A stretch of 64,000 bases of DNA, taken from positions 417,976-481,975 of the forward strand of contig RHPI01002990.1 in the NCBI GenBank assembly GCA_009103225.1. Reading direction: 5' to 3'. Origin of the DNA: Chlorokybus atmophyticus (taxonomy: Eukaryota; Plantae; Mesostigma and Chlorokybus algae). The translations under genes and the position numbers were made by a program. Positions within the stretch are counted from its first letter, which is position 1, and each line of letters starts with the position of its first letter. Shown in pieces: positions 21,160 to 32,800 of this stretch. The notes beneath the pieces were generated by a model. That model had not been told where the DNA came from. It was given only the letters and a program-made list of their open reading frames with translations, and did no database searches.

Positions 21160-23628
21160 TCCACTGTTTTACTAGAACGTAAGTCCAACAAGTTGATATT
21201 CGTATGCCGTCAAATAGCAAACGGAAGCAATTGACCAATCTTTGTGCGTTCCTAAGTTCCGACCACTGTTTTGATAGGACGTAAGTCCAACAAGTTGATA
21301 TTTGTATGCCCACTATTTTAATAGAACGTAAGTCCAGCAATTCTATATTGATATGCCGTCAAATAGCAAACGGAAGCAATTGACCAATATTTGTGCGTTC
21401 CTAAGTTCCGACCATCAACTTCCATCCGCCGCCGGAAGTAGGCGGAGGGGGTCTGCCAGTTGCGATGTGGCTGACATGGCCGGGGATGGCGTCCAAAGTT
21501 GGCGCCGCGGAGTACGGGCGTCCTAGCGCAGACGCCGCGCTGAACGGGCGCTTGCGGTTGTGGCCCAGGCAGGAGCCATGCGCCCTGCGCTGGATCCTCC
21601 GCGCTGTTCATGTTGCTGCGGCCGCCCGGGGGGGGCGGCGGCGGCGGTGGCGATCGGGATTAGGGTTGACAGCTCAAGCCAGCGGACGGCTGTGCGTCGG
21701 AATCTCTCGCCCACCTCTGCTTTTCGCACGCGCTGCTTGGACAAAGTTGCTGCCGACAGCAAAGGTAAGTGCCTGCCGCCTGTGGCACAGTCTGCTACAC
21801 CATCGTATTGGTCAATAATGCGAAACGTTGCGCTAGGTACAGGTAGTAGTAGTCGTGCGTAAGTAGGCCCGTATGCATATTAGGCATAGAGGCAGTGCCA
21901 GCAAACAACACAGCAGCAGCAGCGGCATTCCTTTGCACCCATCATGCTGTGCTTTCATGGAACGTTCAGTCAGCAGCAGTACGAGTTTACGTCTCAATTT
22001 GTTTGTCCAGACTAGCAATGCTTACACAACATCCACTAAAAGAGTGGTGTATGCTCGTCCAATTGCTTGTGTCATGAACTCATGCTGCTGACCATGACAA
22101 GCAATTGGGTTAGCTATCGCATGGGTTAGCTAGCATGCCACCATGTCTGTTGTGCTGTCTGGTGTGTGTGATGTGCGCTTTCCCACCACGTCAAGCTAGA
22201 CGTGAGGCGAGGTGATCACAGGGGCATGTTGCTGGGCTGTTACTTTGCACTTGCAACTTACACACTGCCCACTCCGTGCCACATCCATTCAAGCTCACAA
22301 CAGTGTCAACGTGTGTGTACCTGCTCAGTTGCAACAACCAAGTCTTACGGCTGTGATTTGCTCAGGGGACAAGCTCACTTCTGCTGCGTTGTGGCCTGTC
22401 ATCCTTGGAGGCTTTGCAGCTCGCATCCACGACAACTCCACCAGCAGGCTCCACCAGCAGGCCAAAGGTATAACTGTAGCCATTGCTGATGCGCTGCTAC
22501 CGTTACTCTGGTTGCTGCTCTGGCACTCATGTTGTTTGGCGCCTTCCTTTCTCTAATCTGTTGTCACTGTCTTCAGGCCAGGGGTGCGTGGCGACGGGGC
22601 TGGCGGGGGCACTGGCGCCGATCCATGGCGCTACGACTAGGGCTACCAACAACCGGTTGACAGCTTGAAGGTGTGTCGCTGTCTCTGCCAACTCTGCCGG
22701 CATGCCTGCTACTAACACAGCGCATTGTGATGTCCAGATCACGCGCCTCTCACTCGTTCATAGCACTATTCCATGCCACCTTGACTCTCATTCGCATTCT
22801 GACTTTCTCCCGCACTTCTCGCCCTCAGCAGCCTCAATTCCAACCCCACTCTTGGTCTTGACTTCTATACCGCTGCAACCAGGTCCGTCCTCGTGGCTTG
22901 GTTCAAGCATACGCACGCACTCGCGCATGTGTCTTTTGCTGCCTCTGAATGCATGTTTGCAATTCGTCTCGTGCTTTCGCTGTCTGCCTGCGTGAATGAG
23001 TCTGATTTCCCTCCACAGCATGGCTGCTCCCGCGGCGCGCTTCGGCACCTTCGACCGAGCAGCGCACGGCCCTCGTGCGGACTGGTTGGGAAATCTGCAG
23101 GCCATCTCCAGATCGAAGAACGTTGCAAAGGCTCGGGCGGACGGACCATACATCACCCACGAGGCGAATCGCCGCAAGCTGCAAGGGTGAGTAACTCCGG
23201 TACCCTAGACCCGTTGCCACCAATGCGCTCTGTGCCATGCGTGTGATGGGAAGCTCATTCAGCCTTGGCAGGTCTGCTGCCGTCTCGGTTGTGAACGACT
23301 CCACTCTCAAGTGGTTGGCATTCATGCGTGTGCAAACACATCTCGGGAGGCTGGCCAACGAGCGAAGCAGCTCGGGAGTCGATGCCTCAGGCGGTCAAGG
23401 GTTGCGCGTCATCAAGCTCACGGAGGTGTCGCCTCGATCCGACGCACACGCCAGACGCCTGGCGCTGCTGCAGACCATGTTGGCACACCCGCAGCCATGC
23501 TTCTGTGACCCTCGTGTTTGGCATGAGCTGCTTGCTCACGACCACCTGCACGGCCGAGATGAGTTCAACTTCGTGGCCAAGCTCGTCTTCGGCTTTCGCA
23601 CACTGGACGAGGCCGCCGTGGCCATCGA
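21160..23628 (+). repeat. Repeat module R, copy 2 (with decayed hydrophobic ORF and 5' part of gene D)
   Basis: Colinear with 29300-31766. It carries more 5' subrepeats than copy 1 and is truncated shortly before an (AT)n-flanked gap. Confidence 0.9.
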
Positions 23629-23665
23629 GAACAACTCCGTGACCATCGTGCGACCCCTGTTTTAA
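23020..23665 (+). pseudogene. Unknown gene D, copy 2 (truncated)
   Basis: MAAPAARFGTFDRAAHG...RRKLQG|gtgagt, then cag|LGRSAAVSVVNDSTLKWLAF...FRTLDEAAVAI, matching copy 3. Confidence 0.55.
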
Positions 23666-23707
23666 TCCGGGTTATAACCAACGTTGTGTCCAATAATATA
23701 TATATAT

Positions 23708-23926
23708 NNNNNNNNNNNNNNNNNNNNNNNNNNNNNNNNNNNNNNNNNNNNNNNNNNNNNNNNNNNNNNNNNNNNNNNNNNNNNNNNNNNNNNNNNNNNN
23801 NNNNNNNNNNNNNNNNNNNNNNNNNNNNNNNNNNNNNNNNNNNNNNNNNNNNNNNNNNNNNNNNNNNNNNNNNNNNNNNNNNNNNNNNNNNNNNNNNNNN
23901 NNNNNNNNNNNNNNNNNNNNNNNNNN
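23708..23926. other. Assembly gap flanked by (AT)n
   Basis: N run. Confidence 1.
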
Positions 23927-23975
<49 letters not shown>

Positions 23976-24519
23976 TAAAAAGGAAACGGGAACGAAGATT
24001 ACCACTGTAGATTTCTGGCTATCAGCAGACATCGGCTGATCGCGGATCGGCCCGCTGCGCCGTAGGCGGCGGCGAACGGCGGCTGTGGTACACGCTAGGC
24101 CAGGAGGTACAGGAGGGGCACAACTCCGCTCAACGCCTTGTTCCCGCCGGCAGCAGCTGTACGCCGAATTCAAAATACCACCAGCAGGCTGCTGCTGTAG
24201 ACGTCAACGACACTGAACTTAATCGCTGGTCATGCATCCCAGTCTCCAGATCCTACCTGGTAAGTTTTACCAAGCGTTCATCTAACCAACTGTGTGCCTC
24301 GTTGCATGTATGTGGAATAACAAGCTAGGCACTCTCAACTTTCATGCCAATACGTTGAACTTTCTCACCTGTCCTGCATTCACACTCGCTCACTCACTCA
24401 CTCACTCACACACCCCTGCCTGTCTCCGGAGGGGATCCCTCTCCCTTACTCACTATGTTCATTCTGTAGTCAAGATTACTCACTAGTCCGATTTTGCGCT
24501 TATGATTTGCTCAGACTGC

Positions 24520-25110
24520 TGCTCAATCTCGCTCACGCTTGCTCACTTACCCTCCCTCGCTCCCTCCCACTCACTGGAATTGATGCTCACTCCGGGCATA
24601 TGGTCAACGGGTGTGTTTTATCCATTCACACTCACTCCCAGAGAGACATCATAACTTGGTTGAAGCTTTGTTGAAGCTCGCGGACACGGTTGGGTGGCAG
24701 CCAGAGCATGTTGTACCTAGTTTGGTGGTCTTGGCGCATGCGCAGCGCCGAGACCACCAAACTAGGTACAACTTTCAATATCAATATCAAAGCCATTTAA
24801 CTCACTTACTGGCTGAGCGGCACTTACTCACACGGCATTCACTGAGTGGCACTCACATACACTCATATGCTCATATACTCAAACTCACTCACTTATTCAC
24901 ACGCACACATTGGTTGTTATGCTTTACATTTGCTGCTACAAGCACACGCGTGTTCGCAGGCATGTAAGCACGCGCATGTGCACCTGTTTATCTGTTTGAG
25001 TACAACTCTTAATGGAGCGTACCCCTGCAAACTCCCCTGCAAAGTACTACCACTCCCTGGAGTCTTTGTGTGCAGGAAAAAACCAAGCGGACTTAATGAT
25101 ATGACAAGGA
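24520..25110 (+). repeat. Diverged duplicate (module Q) of ~27090-27640; ACTC-rich
   Basis: Shared blocks ctgctca.tc.cgctcac, tgtggtca.cggg.gtgt, ttgttga.gctcgcggacacg.ttg.gtggc.gccagagc, gctttgcta.aagcacac.cgtg, and aactcc.tggagt.ttt.tgtg. Confidence 0.7.
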
Positions 25111-27089
25111 TGTTCTGGTTATGGCGCGGGAGCTGAGGTTTCTTGGAGGCGGCTTGAGCTGGAAATAAGTTTGGCACAGGTATGTGCTTATGTGCTCTGA
25201 GAACACACAAAGCAGGCACACGTACGTGCATCAATCACTCACAATTGCACACCCACTTACCCACTCACTCACACCCACTCGCCCTCCCTCCCTTGTACTG
25301 CAGTTCATTTCCATCGGGCAAGTTCACTTTTTCTTGTACTAACTCTATCGCTCCACACATAACCACCTCCGCAGCAGCCAGGCGTGGAGCACCTCACTTC
25401 AGGCTGAGCATATTAAGTGCGCGACTGCATTCGTGACCAAGTGGGAGCATGCGCAATGGAGTGACTGACTGAGTAGAGTAACGGGGTAAGTAAACCTGGT
25501 GAGTGGGTGGCTGATTGAGTGCATATACAGTGCACGTAATACTAGTACGTGCTCCACCGTGCAGTACACGGTGCACGTTTATCCCGTTTGCCTTTGCACT
25601 ACGCACAACGAACGAACGAACAGAAAGAGACTTTGTTGAGGCTCGCAGAGATGCCATCTCCGCAAGCCACATGGCGGTCGTGTGAAAGCCAAGGGGCACT
25701 GCATGCTCAGCACCGAAACTCCGCCAATCAAGGTGCAAGTCTCGACTTCCAAACCAAACACATTTGACTCACTCACTCTCGCTCACTTAGTGGCTCACAA
25801 TCACTCAGTCACACTAACTCTCCCTCCCTCCCTCCCTGGCTCGCGACAATACAAGCTTATCGGGGCATGTTATCTCGGTCTTTGCAGTTGGTGTTTTTGC
25901 TGCTCCGCACCAAGATGGTGACGGTGTCAGGCTTGCCGCCCGGGGTAGTAGTTGCAACGGTTTCTAAAAACATTACATCAAAATTGTAGGGGGGACGGCT
26001 AATTGCTTCCGTGAGTAAAATGCAACTTCCGAACGCGGCCGAAAGCCGTGTTACACCCATGCTCGTGTCGGAGGGGCAGCGGTGAGCAATATGCGACGGC
26101 ACCGAGGGGCCTAGTTTCCATCGTCATGCGCCTGTTCGGTAGGAGGAGAAGGGCTACAGCAAACCTGCTGGCGCCGCGCAGAATGGGAGGTGTTGCACAG
26201 GCGCTTCTCCTCCTGCATGCATCCACGCACATGTCCCCCCTCTGCTTCCGTTGCACACTTGCAGTCGTTCTCACTTTCACTCTTTCCGCTGTGGGCGGAT
26301 TCACCTCATCACGACCATGCCATCTTCGGATTGCATCCCCCGGTTCCCACCTTAGCGCCTTTTGGGAGAATAGTGCGATAAGTTCTACCCTGAAAGAGAT
26401 TTACAACACTGTTGGCAACGCCCGCCGCCTGTGTTATCCAGCTTGAGAGATGTGTACATCTGCTGCTGTCAACTACGAGTTGCTCGTGTTGTTTGACGAA
26501 CAGGCTGGTGAGCGTTTTGGTGGGAGAATGTTGCCCAACCCGACTAAGCCTAGGCCTTCATCTAGCCATTTGTCATTGCATGTTGCCAACACGCAAAGGG
26601 GGGGCACATAGTATGCGGTCTGAGGGTGTGTGTCTGACTTACTCACTCATTCACACTGGCGGAATTTGAATCAAAATATTGCTAGCTCGTCAACTCATTC
26701 ACGCACCCTCCCTCGCGCACTCAGTACAGTTTACTCAATCTTATTTTCCATCCACAGGCTGGGGATGCGCACAGCGCTGCTGTTGACGTCAACCAGTATT
26801 ACTCGGTTGTGCTACAGCCTAATAACCGACTTCTGCCTGGTAAGTCATCAAGCCTTCCTCTAACTAGTGTGCGCCCCCTTGCATGTCTGTGAGATTGGTA
26901 TCAAGCTACATATTCTCAGTTCGACTGCCAACACATTAGACTCTGAGCTGTTTTGCACTCACACTTACTCACACTCGCACCCTCCCTGCCTCCTTCCCGG
27001 AGGGATCCCTGTCTCCCTTACTCACTACAATTTACTCTAAGTTCATGCATGCTTACTCACAACTCCGTTTGCGCGCTCATGACTCACTC

Positions 27090-27640
27090 AATTGGCTGCT
27101 CACTCACGCTCACACTCGCTCACTCTACACCTCCCACTCACTGCAACTTCATGCCGGAATGTGGTCAGCGGGTGTGTCTCACTCATAGAGAGAGCCAGAG
27201 GCCCCGCCCGAGATGGGAACTTTAAGTTGTTGAGGCTCGCGGACACGATTGTGTGGCGGCCAGAGCCCAAGCGCCCCCGCATGCGCAGCGCTGACCGCCA
27301 ATCTAGTTACAACTTGAAGTTAAACTCTCGGATATTGATTGCAACACTGTTTGAGTTATTCACCCACTCACTCACACTCATGTACTCACTCACACGCACA
27401 TGCACATGCACACGCACTTACGTGCTCCAAGCACATATGCACATGCACACACTGATTGTTATGCTTTGCAAGTGCTAGCAGTACTAGCAGCTTTGCTACA
27501 AGCACACACGTGCATGCAGGAATCTAGCCATGCGCTTATTCAGTTGTTTATCTGTTTGCACCTTTAACTCCCCTATACAATTACAACTCCTTGGAGTGTT
27601 TATGTGTAACAAAAGGTTTTAAGCAGACTTAAAGGTCCCA
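27090..27640 (+). repeat. Diverged duplicate (module Q) of ~24520-25110
   Basis: Same shared blocks as the partner copy. Confidence 0.7.
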
Positions 27641-28498
27641 ATTGCACACTCACAAAACCACAACCAAATAACTTATTCCTGGCTTTCCTCCTCCTTAGCT
27701 GCAGACTTCTCCCCCAAGCTGCTGCTTCCTTGAGGTTGCACAGCAGAGGAGGAGGCCGCCAAGCTGCAGACTTGCGCTTTGATCCTTTTGTGCACCCAAG
27801 TAAAAGCTTTGTCAACATTCCTTCTCCGCAAACGCCCATGGGCATAAGGACTAGCTGGTGCTGGCTTTGATAGGGAAGGCGCTGAGGCAGCTGTCGAGCG
27901 TCATGCTGCTGCAGGGGAGGAGGCGTATGAGTAGGAGCATAACGAGAAGCTCAAGCTCATGCATGGAAGAGGCATGTGTCTGTGGAGGAGGAGGTGTGCG
28001 ACAAGCAGCTGCTGCACAGCTAGCTAGCTGGCTGACTAGCTAGCCGCCGCCGCTGATGGGGTTTCTTGTGCAGCAAGCCACTGCACGGCAAGCTTGGCAG
28101 CGACGCGCTTCTTTACATGCTGCAACTCTGCTGTTGCCGAAGACACGCGTGCGGTGCAGGTTTTGTCAAGTTCAACAACAGCTGCATCGCGCGCATGTTT
28201 TCGGCAACGCAATTGTAAGCTTAGCACGTGAAGACGCATATCGCTGGCGCCCGCCGTTCAAATGCTTGCTGCACAAGAAACCCCCCGCCCTTCTTCGTCT
28301 CTGTCTTAGCTCCTTTCACAGCTGGGCATCGCCGCACGATATACGACACAGATGTTTAACAACATCTGGGCTTACGGTTGCTAGACAAGTCTGTCAAGTA
28401 TTGACTTTAATTATGTATTTATTTTGTGACGCTCGAACGCGTGTGATCTTGTGGTCACCACCGCCACATGCACTCGAGCTCGGAGCGTCACAAACAGC

Positions 28499-28626
28499 GA
28501 CAGTGCCGTGACCGTCACGGCATTGTCCCCCAAAGCGCAGCGCCATTGCCTTACTAAGGCAATGGCGCTGCGCTCTGGTCTGGTCCGGTCTGGTCTGGTC
28601 CACCGCATAGTATGCGGTGGACCAGA
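28499..28626. repeat. Three adjacent stem-loops with 1-nt loops (14-, 20- and 16-bp stems)
   Basis: gacagtgccgtgac-c-gtcacggcattgtc (1 mismatch); agcgcagcgccattgcctta-c-taaggcaatggcgctgcgct; tctggtccaccgcata-g-tatgcggtggaccaga. Confidence 0.95.
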
Positions 28627-28685
28627 GCGTTGCTATAGCTGTACACACAGGGGACACAAGTACAGCAGAGTATCCTGGTCCTGCA

Positions 28686-29130
28686 GTGCATGAGATCTCG
28701 CGCTCCACAGAGGATGAGAAGGAGGCAGACCTGTTCTATGCCATGTTGGGCGGGCGCCCAGGCAACTGTGCTGTACTCATGCACATCATCCTTCAGCCAC
28801 GGCATGACTCAGACTACCCCAACTCACGTGGTCTGAAGGTGAGTCCTCTCAAACAAAGTGCATGTCACCAACCTAACAGACAAGTGCATGCATGCACTTG
28901 TCTTCTTGTGTCAGCGCACAGCAACCCTGAGAGCTTGCATGATCTTGTGAGCCATGACGCTACTGCTTGCTGCTTACTTATGTCTCCCGTGCATGTAACT
29001 CACCACTGAGTATAAGCACGACACACTGTTGGCGCTGCTTGAGTTCAACACTGCAATGGCAGCTGACGACGATGCCAGCAGATTATAACTTTTGCATCTC
29101 GGTTGTCCCAGAAGATACTGCCACAGTTTT
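28686..29130 (+). pseudogene. Intron-retaining duplicated fragment of the FAD oxidoreductase gene (part of exon 2, intron 2, decayed exon 3)
   Basis: [50 protein letters not shown]|gtgagtcctctc aligns with [50 protein letters not shown]|gtgagtcctctc at 35941-36102. Confidence 0.9.
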
Positions 29131-29299
29131 ACTAGCACCACATTAATGTCATCATTGAAATAAAGCCACGGCATTGGCATGAACTCTGCGCACATTGCAA
29201 CGGAATGCGGTTGATAAAATACCGCCTGCTGCATATACGTGCACTGGGGGTTGATGACGACCATATCTAGTAACCATATATATTCTACAGCCGCAAAAC

Positions 29300-31766
29300 A
29301 ACGAACGGAAGCAGGTGATCAATGGTTGTGTGCTCGTAAGTTCCGACGATCAACTGCCACCCGCCGCCGGAATGCGCGGCATACAAGCGTTTGGCGCAGA
29401 CGCCGCGTGGTACGGGCGCTTGAAATTGCGATCGCCTTTGACCTTTGCATTGATGTCAAGATGTCCGACCCAGCAATCTGACTTTGTACTTGTACACTGC
29501 GAATGGAATGGAAGGGATCAACCTTTTTTTTTGTTTTCCACAACTTCCAGCCGCGGCCGGAAGTAGGCAATGGAGGGTCTGCCAGTTGCGATGTGGCTGA
29601 CATGGCCAGGGATGGCGCCCCAAAGTTGGCGCCGCGGAGTACGGGCATCTCAGCGCCGCGCGGTACGGGCGGTTGCGGTTGCGGTCCAGGCAGGAACGCA
29701 TGGAGCCATGCGCCCTCCGCTGGATGCTCCGCTCACTTGGTTATGTTGCTGCGGCCGAGGGGGGCGGCGGCGGCGGCGGCGGTGGCGATCGGAATGAGGG
29801 TTGACAGCTCACGCCAGCGACGGCTGTGCGTCAAAAATTACTCGCCCAGCTCTGCCTTACGGACGCGCTGCTTGGACAAAGTTGCTGCCGACAGCAAAGG
29901 TAAGTGCCTGCCGCCTGTGGCACAGTCTGCTACATCATCGCATTTGTCAAAAATGCGAGAAGTTGTGCTAGGTCAAGGTAGTAGTAGTCGTGCGTAAGTA
30001 GGCCCGTATGCATGTTAGCCATAGCCAGCAAACACACCAGCAGCAGCATTTCTTTGCACGCATCATGCTGTACTTCCATGGAACGTTCAGTCAGCAGCAG
30101 CAGCATTGTGGCTCAATTTGTTCATCCAGACTGGGATTGCTTCTACAACACGTGAAGTGACGCGTGCTCCCAATTGCTTGCTCATGAACTGCAGCTCATA
30201 TTCATCACAAGCAATTGGGCACTGGATGCGTCTCAGCATGTATGTACGTGTGTGACGCTGTTCGCCAGTCTGTGCGCTGTTGTGCTGCGCGCTGTCCATC
30301 ACGTTAAGTTGGAAGTGAGGCTACTCCCAAGCGCATGCTCGCCAGGCTGGTATTTTGCACTTGCAACTTACACACTGCCCACTTAGTGCCGCATCCATCC
30401 AAGCTCACAACAGTGTCAACGTGTGTGTACCTGCTCAGTTGCAGGCTGTAACCACAGCTGTGATTTGTTCAGGGGACACGCTCACTTCTCCTACGTCCTG
30501 CCAATTGCTGGCAATTTGGCTTATCGCCCTGGGAGGCTTTGCAGCTGCTCCCAACCTGACACGAAAACTTCACCAGCAGGCCAAAGGTATAACTGTAGCC
30601 ATCGCTGCTGCTCTGCTGTCGTTACTCTGGTTGCTGCTCTGGCACTCATGTTGTTTGGTGCCTTCCTTTCGTCAATCCGTTGTCACTGTCTTCAGGCCAG
30701 GGGCGCAAGGGCAAACAAGGTGCGTGGTGACCGGGCTGGCGGGGGCACTGGCGCTGATCCATGGTGCTACGACTAGGGCTGCCAACAACCTGTTGACAGC
30801 TTGAAAGTGTGTCGCTGTCTCTGTCAACTCTTACTAACTCTGCCTGCATGCCTGCTATTTCCACAGCGCATTGTGATGTCAACATCACGTGTCTCTTCCT
30901 CGTTCACAGCACTCTTCCGTACCACCTTGACTCTCGTTCGCATTCTGACCTCCTCCCGCACCCTTTGCGCCCTCAGCAGCCTTAATTCCAATCCCACTCT
31001 TGGTCTTGACTTCTCCATCGCTGCAGCACCAGGTCCGTCCCTTGGCATCTGCGCGAGCATGTCTTTCGCTGCCTCTGAATGCATGTTTGCAATGCGTGTC
31101 AAGCTTTCACTGTCTACCTGCGTTTTCGTGTCTGATCTCCCTCCACAGCATGGCTGCACCAGCGGCGCGCTTCGGCACCTTTGACTGAGCAGCGCACGGC
31201 CCTTGTGCGGACTGGTTGGAGAATCTGCAGGCCATCTCCAGGTCTCGCAACGTTCAAAGGCCCGGACGGACGGACCGTACATTGCGCACGAGGCGAATCG
31301 CCGCAAGCTGCAAGGGTGAGTAACTCTGGTACCCTACACCCTTTGCCACCAATGCGCTCTGTGCTGCTCTCGTGCCGCGTGCAATGGGAATCTCATCCAG
31401 CCTTGGCAGGGCTGCTGCCGTCTCGCTCGTGAATGACTCCACTCTCAAGTGGTTGGCATTCATGCGTGTTCAAACACAACTCGGGAGGCTGGCCAATGAG
31501 CGTGGCAGCTCGGGAGTCGATGCCTCAGGCGGTCAAGGGTTGCGCGTCATCAAGCTCACGGAGGTGTCGCCTCGATCCGACGCACACGCCAGACGCCTGG
31601 CGCTGCTGCAAACAATGTTGGCACACCCGCAGCCATGCTTCCGCGACCCAGGTGTCTGGGATGAGCTGCTTGCTCACTACCACCTGCACGGCCGAGACGA
31701 GTACAACTTTGTAGCCAAGCTTGTCTACGGCTTCCGTACACTAGACGAGGCCGCCGTGGCCATCGA
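29300..31766 (+). repeat. Repeat module R, copy 3 (more diverged 5' end; continues into longer gene D)
   Basis: Colinear homology with copies 1 and 2. Confidence 0.88.
30355..30804 (+). CDS. Possible small hydrophobic (membrane-like) protein in module R
   Basis: 149-aa ORF with hydrophobic stretches (LLAIWLIALGGFAAA; ITVAIAAALLSLLWLLLW). The homologous frame persists in copy 2 at 22212-22668 across three in-frame indels. Confidence 0.3.
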   Translation: MHLQLTHCPLSAASIQAHNSVNVCVPAQLQAVTTAVICSGDTLTSPTSCQLLAIWLIALGGFAAAPNLTRKLHQQAKGITVAIAAALLSLLWLLLWHSCCLVPSFRQSVVTVFRPGAQGQTRCVVTGLAGALALIHGATTRAANNLLTA

Positions 31767-32800
31767 CACGGTCCTCAACGAGGCTCAAGTGAGTACTGGT
31801 TTTGCTTGTACTCGTGTTGATTGTGAACTGCACTGTACCAGTACTTATCAACAACACCGTCTCTCGCAGGTGGATGAGTTGCTGCGCCTTCTTCGTTGGT
31901 GGACGCCTCAGCAGCCTCAGCTGGACTCCACCTTCGCGGCACTCAGCCGCGTCACCGCCACCATGGCCCGGGAGGGACGAGGAGCTGGAGGAGTCTGGGG
32001 AGTTGCTCCGAGAGCTCCCGGCACTTGCTGACGCCCGAGCCGTGCAGTCAGTCCACCGGCGCATGGGCTGCTCTGTCAAGATTACCTGCAGCTGACATCG
32101 CAGAGGCAGATATGCAGGCAACTCTGCCCTATTATCTGCAGACAGGCGAGGGCTTTGTTGCCAGCGAACGAGCAATGTCTGTCAATCACATTGGTTCCGC
32201 AATGCGAGGGGGGCCAGACAGGGGGCTTCCAGGCGAGCGTCGTCATGCCGTTGTTTATAGTCTGCTCGACAACATCAAGTACATCGACGTTGACGACGGC
32301 AGCGAGGAGCTGCACCTATGGCGTCGCGTGTGGGGTAACAACGGCATCTGGAGGCTCACGTCCCGAGTGTCCAAGTTCATTCGATGTCTGCACTGGCGGG
32401 TTTCTGACTGCCTCTGCACCGCCGCACCTCTATAGTTCACCTCTATAATTCTTTTCGATGTCAGCGCCGGCCGCATAAGCTTGGAGCGTCCCAAAGCAGA
32501 TACCTGTCCGTCCAGCATCTTTAAGACCCCGGCGCTGTACACCGTGCGACGGCAAAGGGGCGTTGGAGGTGAATGCAGAGGAGAGTGGAATATCCTGTGC
32601 AGCAAGCTTCTGCACGGCGAGCGCGTCAGCAATGCGCTGCTGTAAGTGCTGTTGCATTGTTGCTGAACAGACTCGTTTCGTGCGCAATCTTGCCAGTGTC
32701 AGAAGCTTGCTGCACAGGAGCGCTGAGTGCCTTGCGGATGCACTTGACAACTTGCACACGACATGGATATGCACACATGTTGTACAATTTACAGCGTTAT
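31150..32800 (+). pseudogene. Unknown gene D, copy 3 (early stop, frameshifts)
   Basis: MAAPAARFGTFD*AAHG..., an exon ending LNEAQ|gtgagt, cag|VDELLRLLRWW, then ...YSLLDNIKYIDVDDGSEELHLWRRVWGNNGIWRL.... A Cys-rich tail (CAASFCTAS...CCKCC) has a decayed relative near 28068-28200. Confidence 0.55.

Noticed and set aside
23565-24173. ORFs spanning N gaps (also 51010-51438 and 54741-55526)
   Set aside because: They are artefacts of N, (AT)n and poly-G runs.
28594-28640. Helitron 3' end (hairpin plus CTRR)
   Set aside because: The downstream sequence is CTATAG, not CTRR at the expected spacing, and no 5' TC end or RepHel was found.
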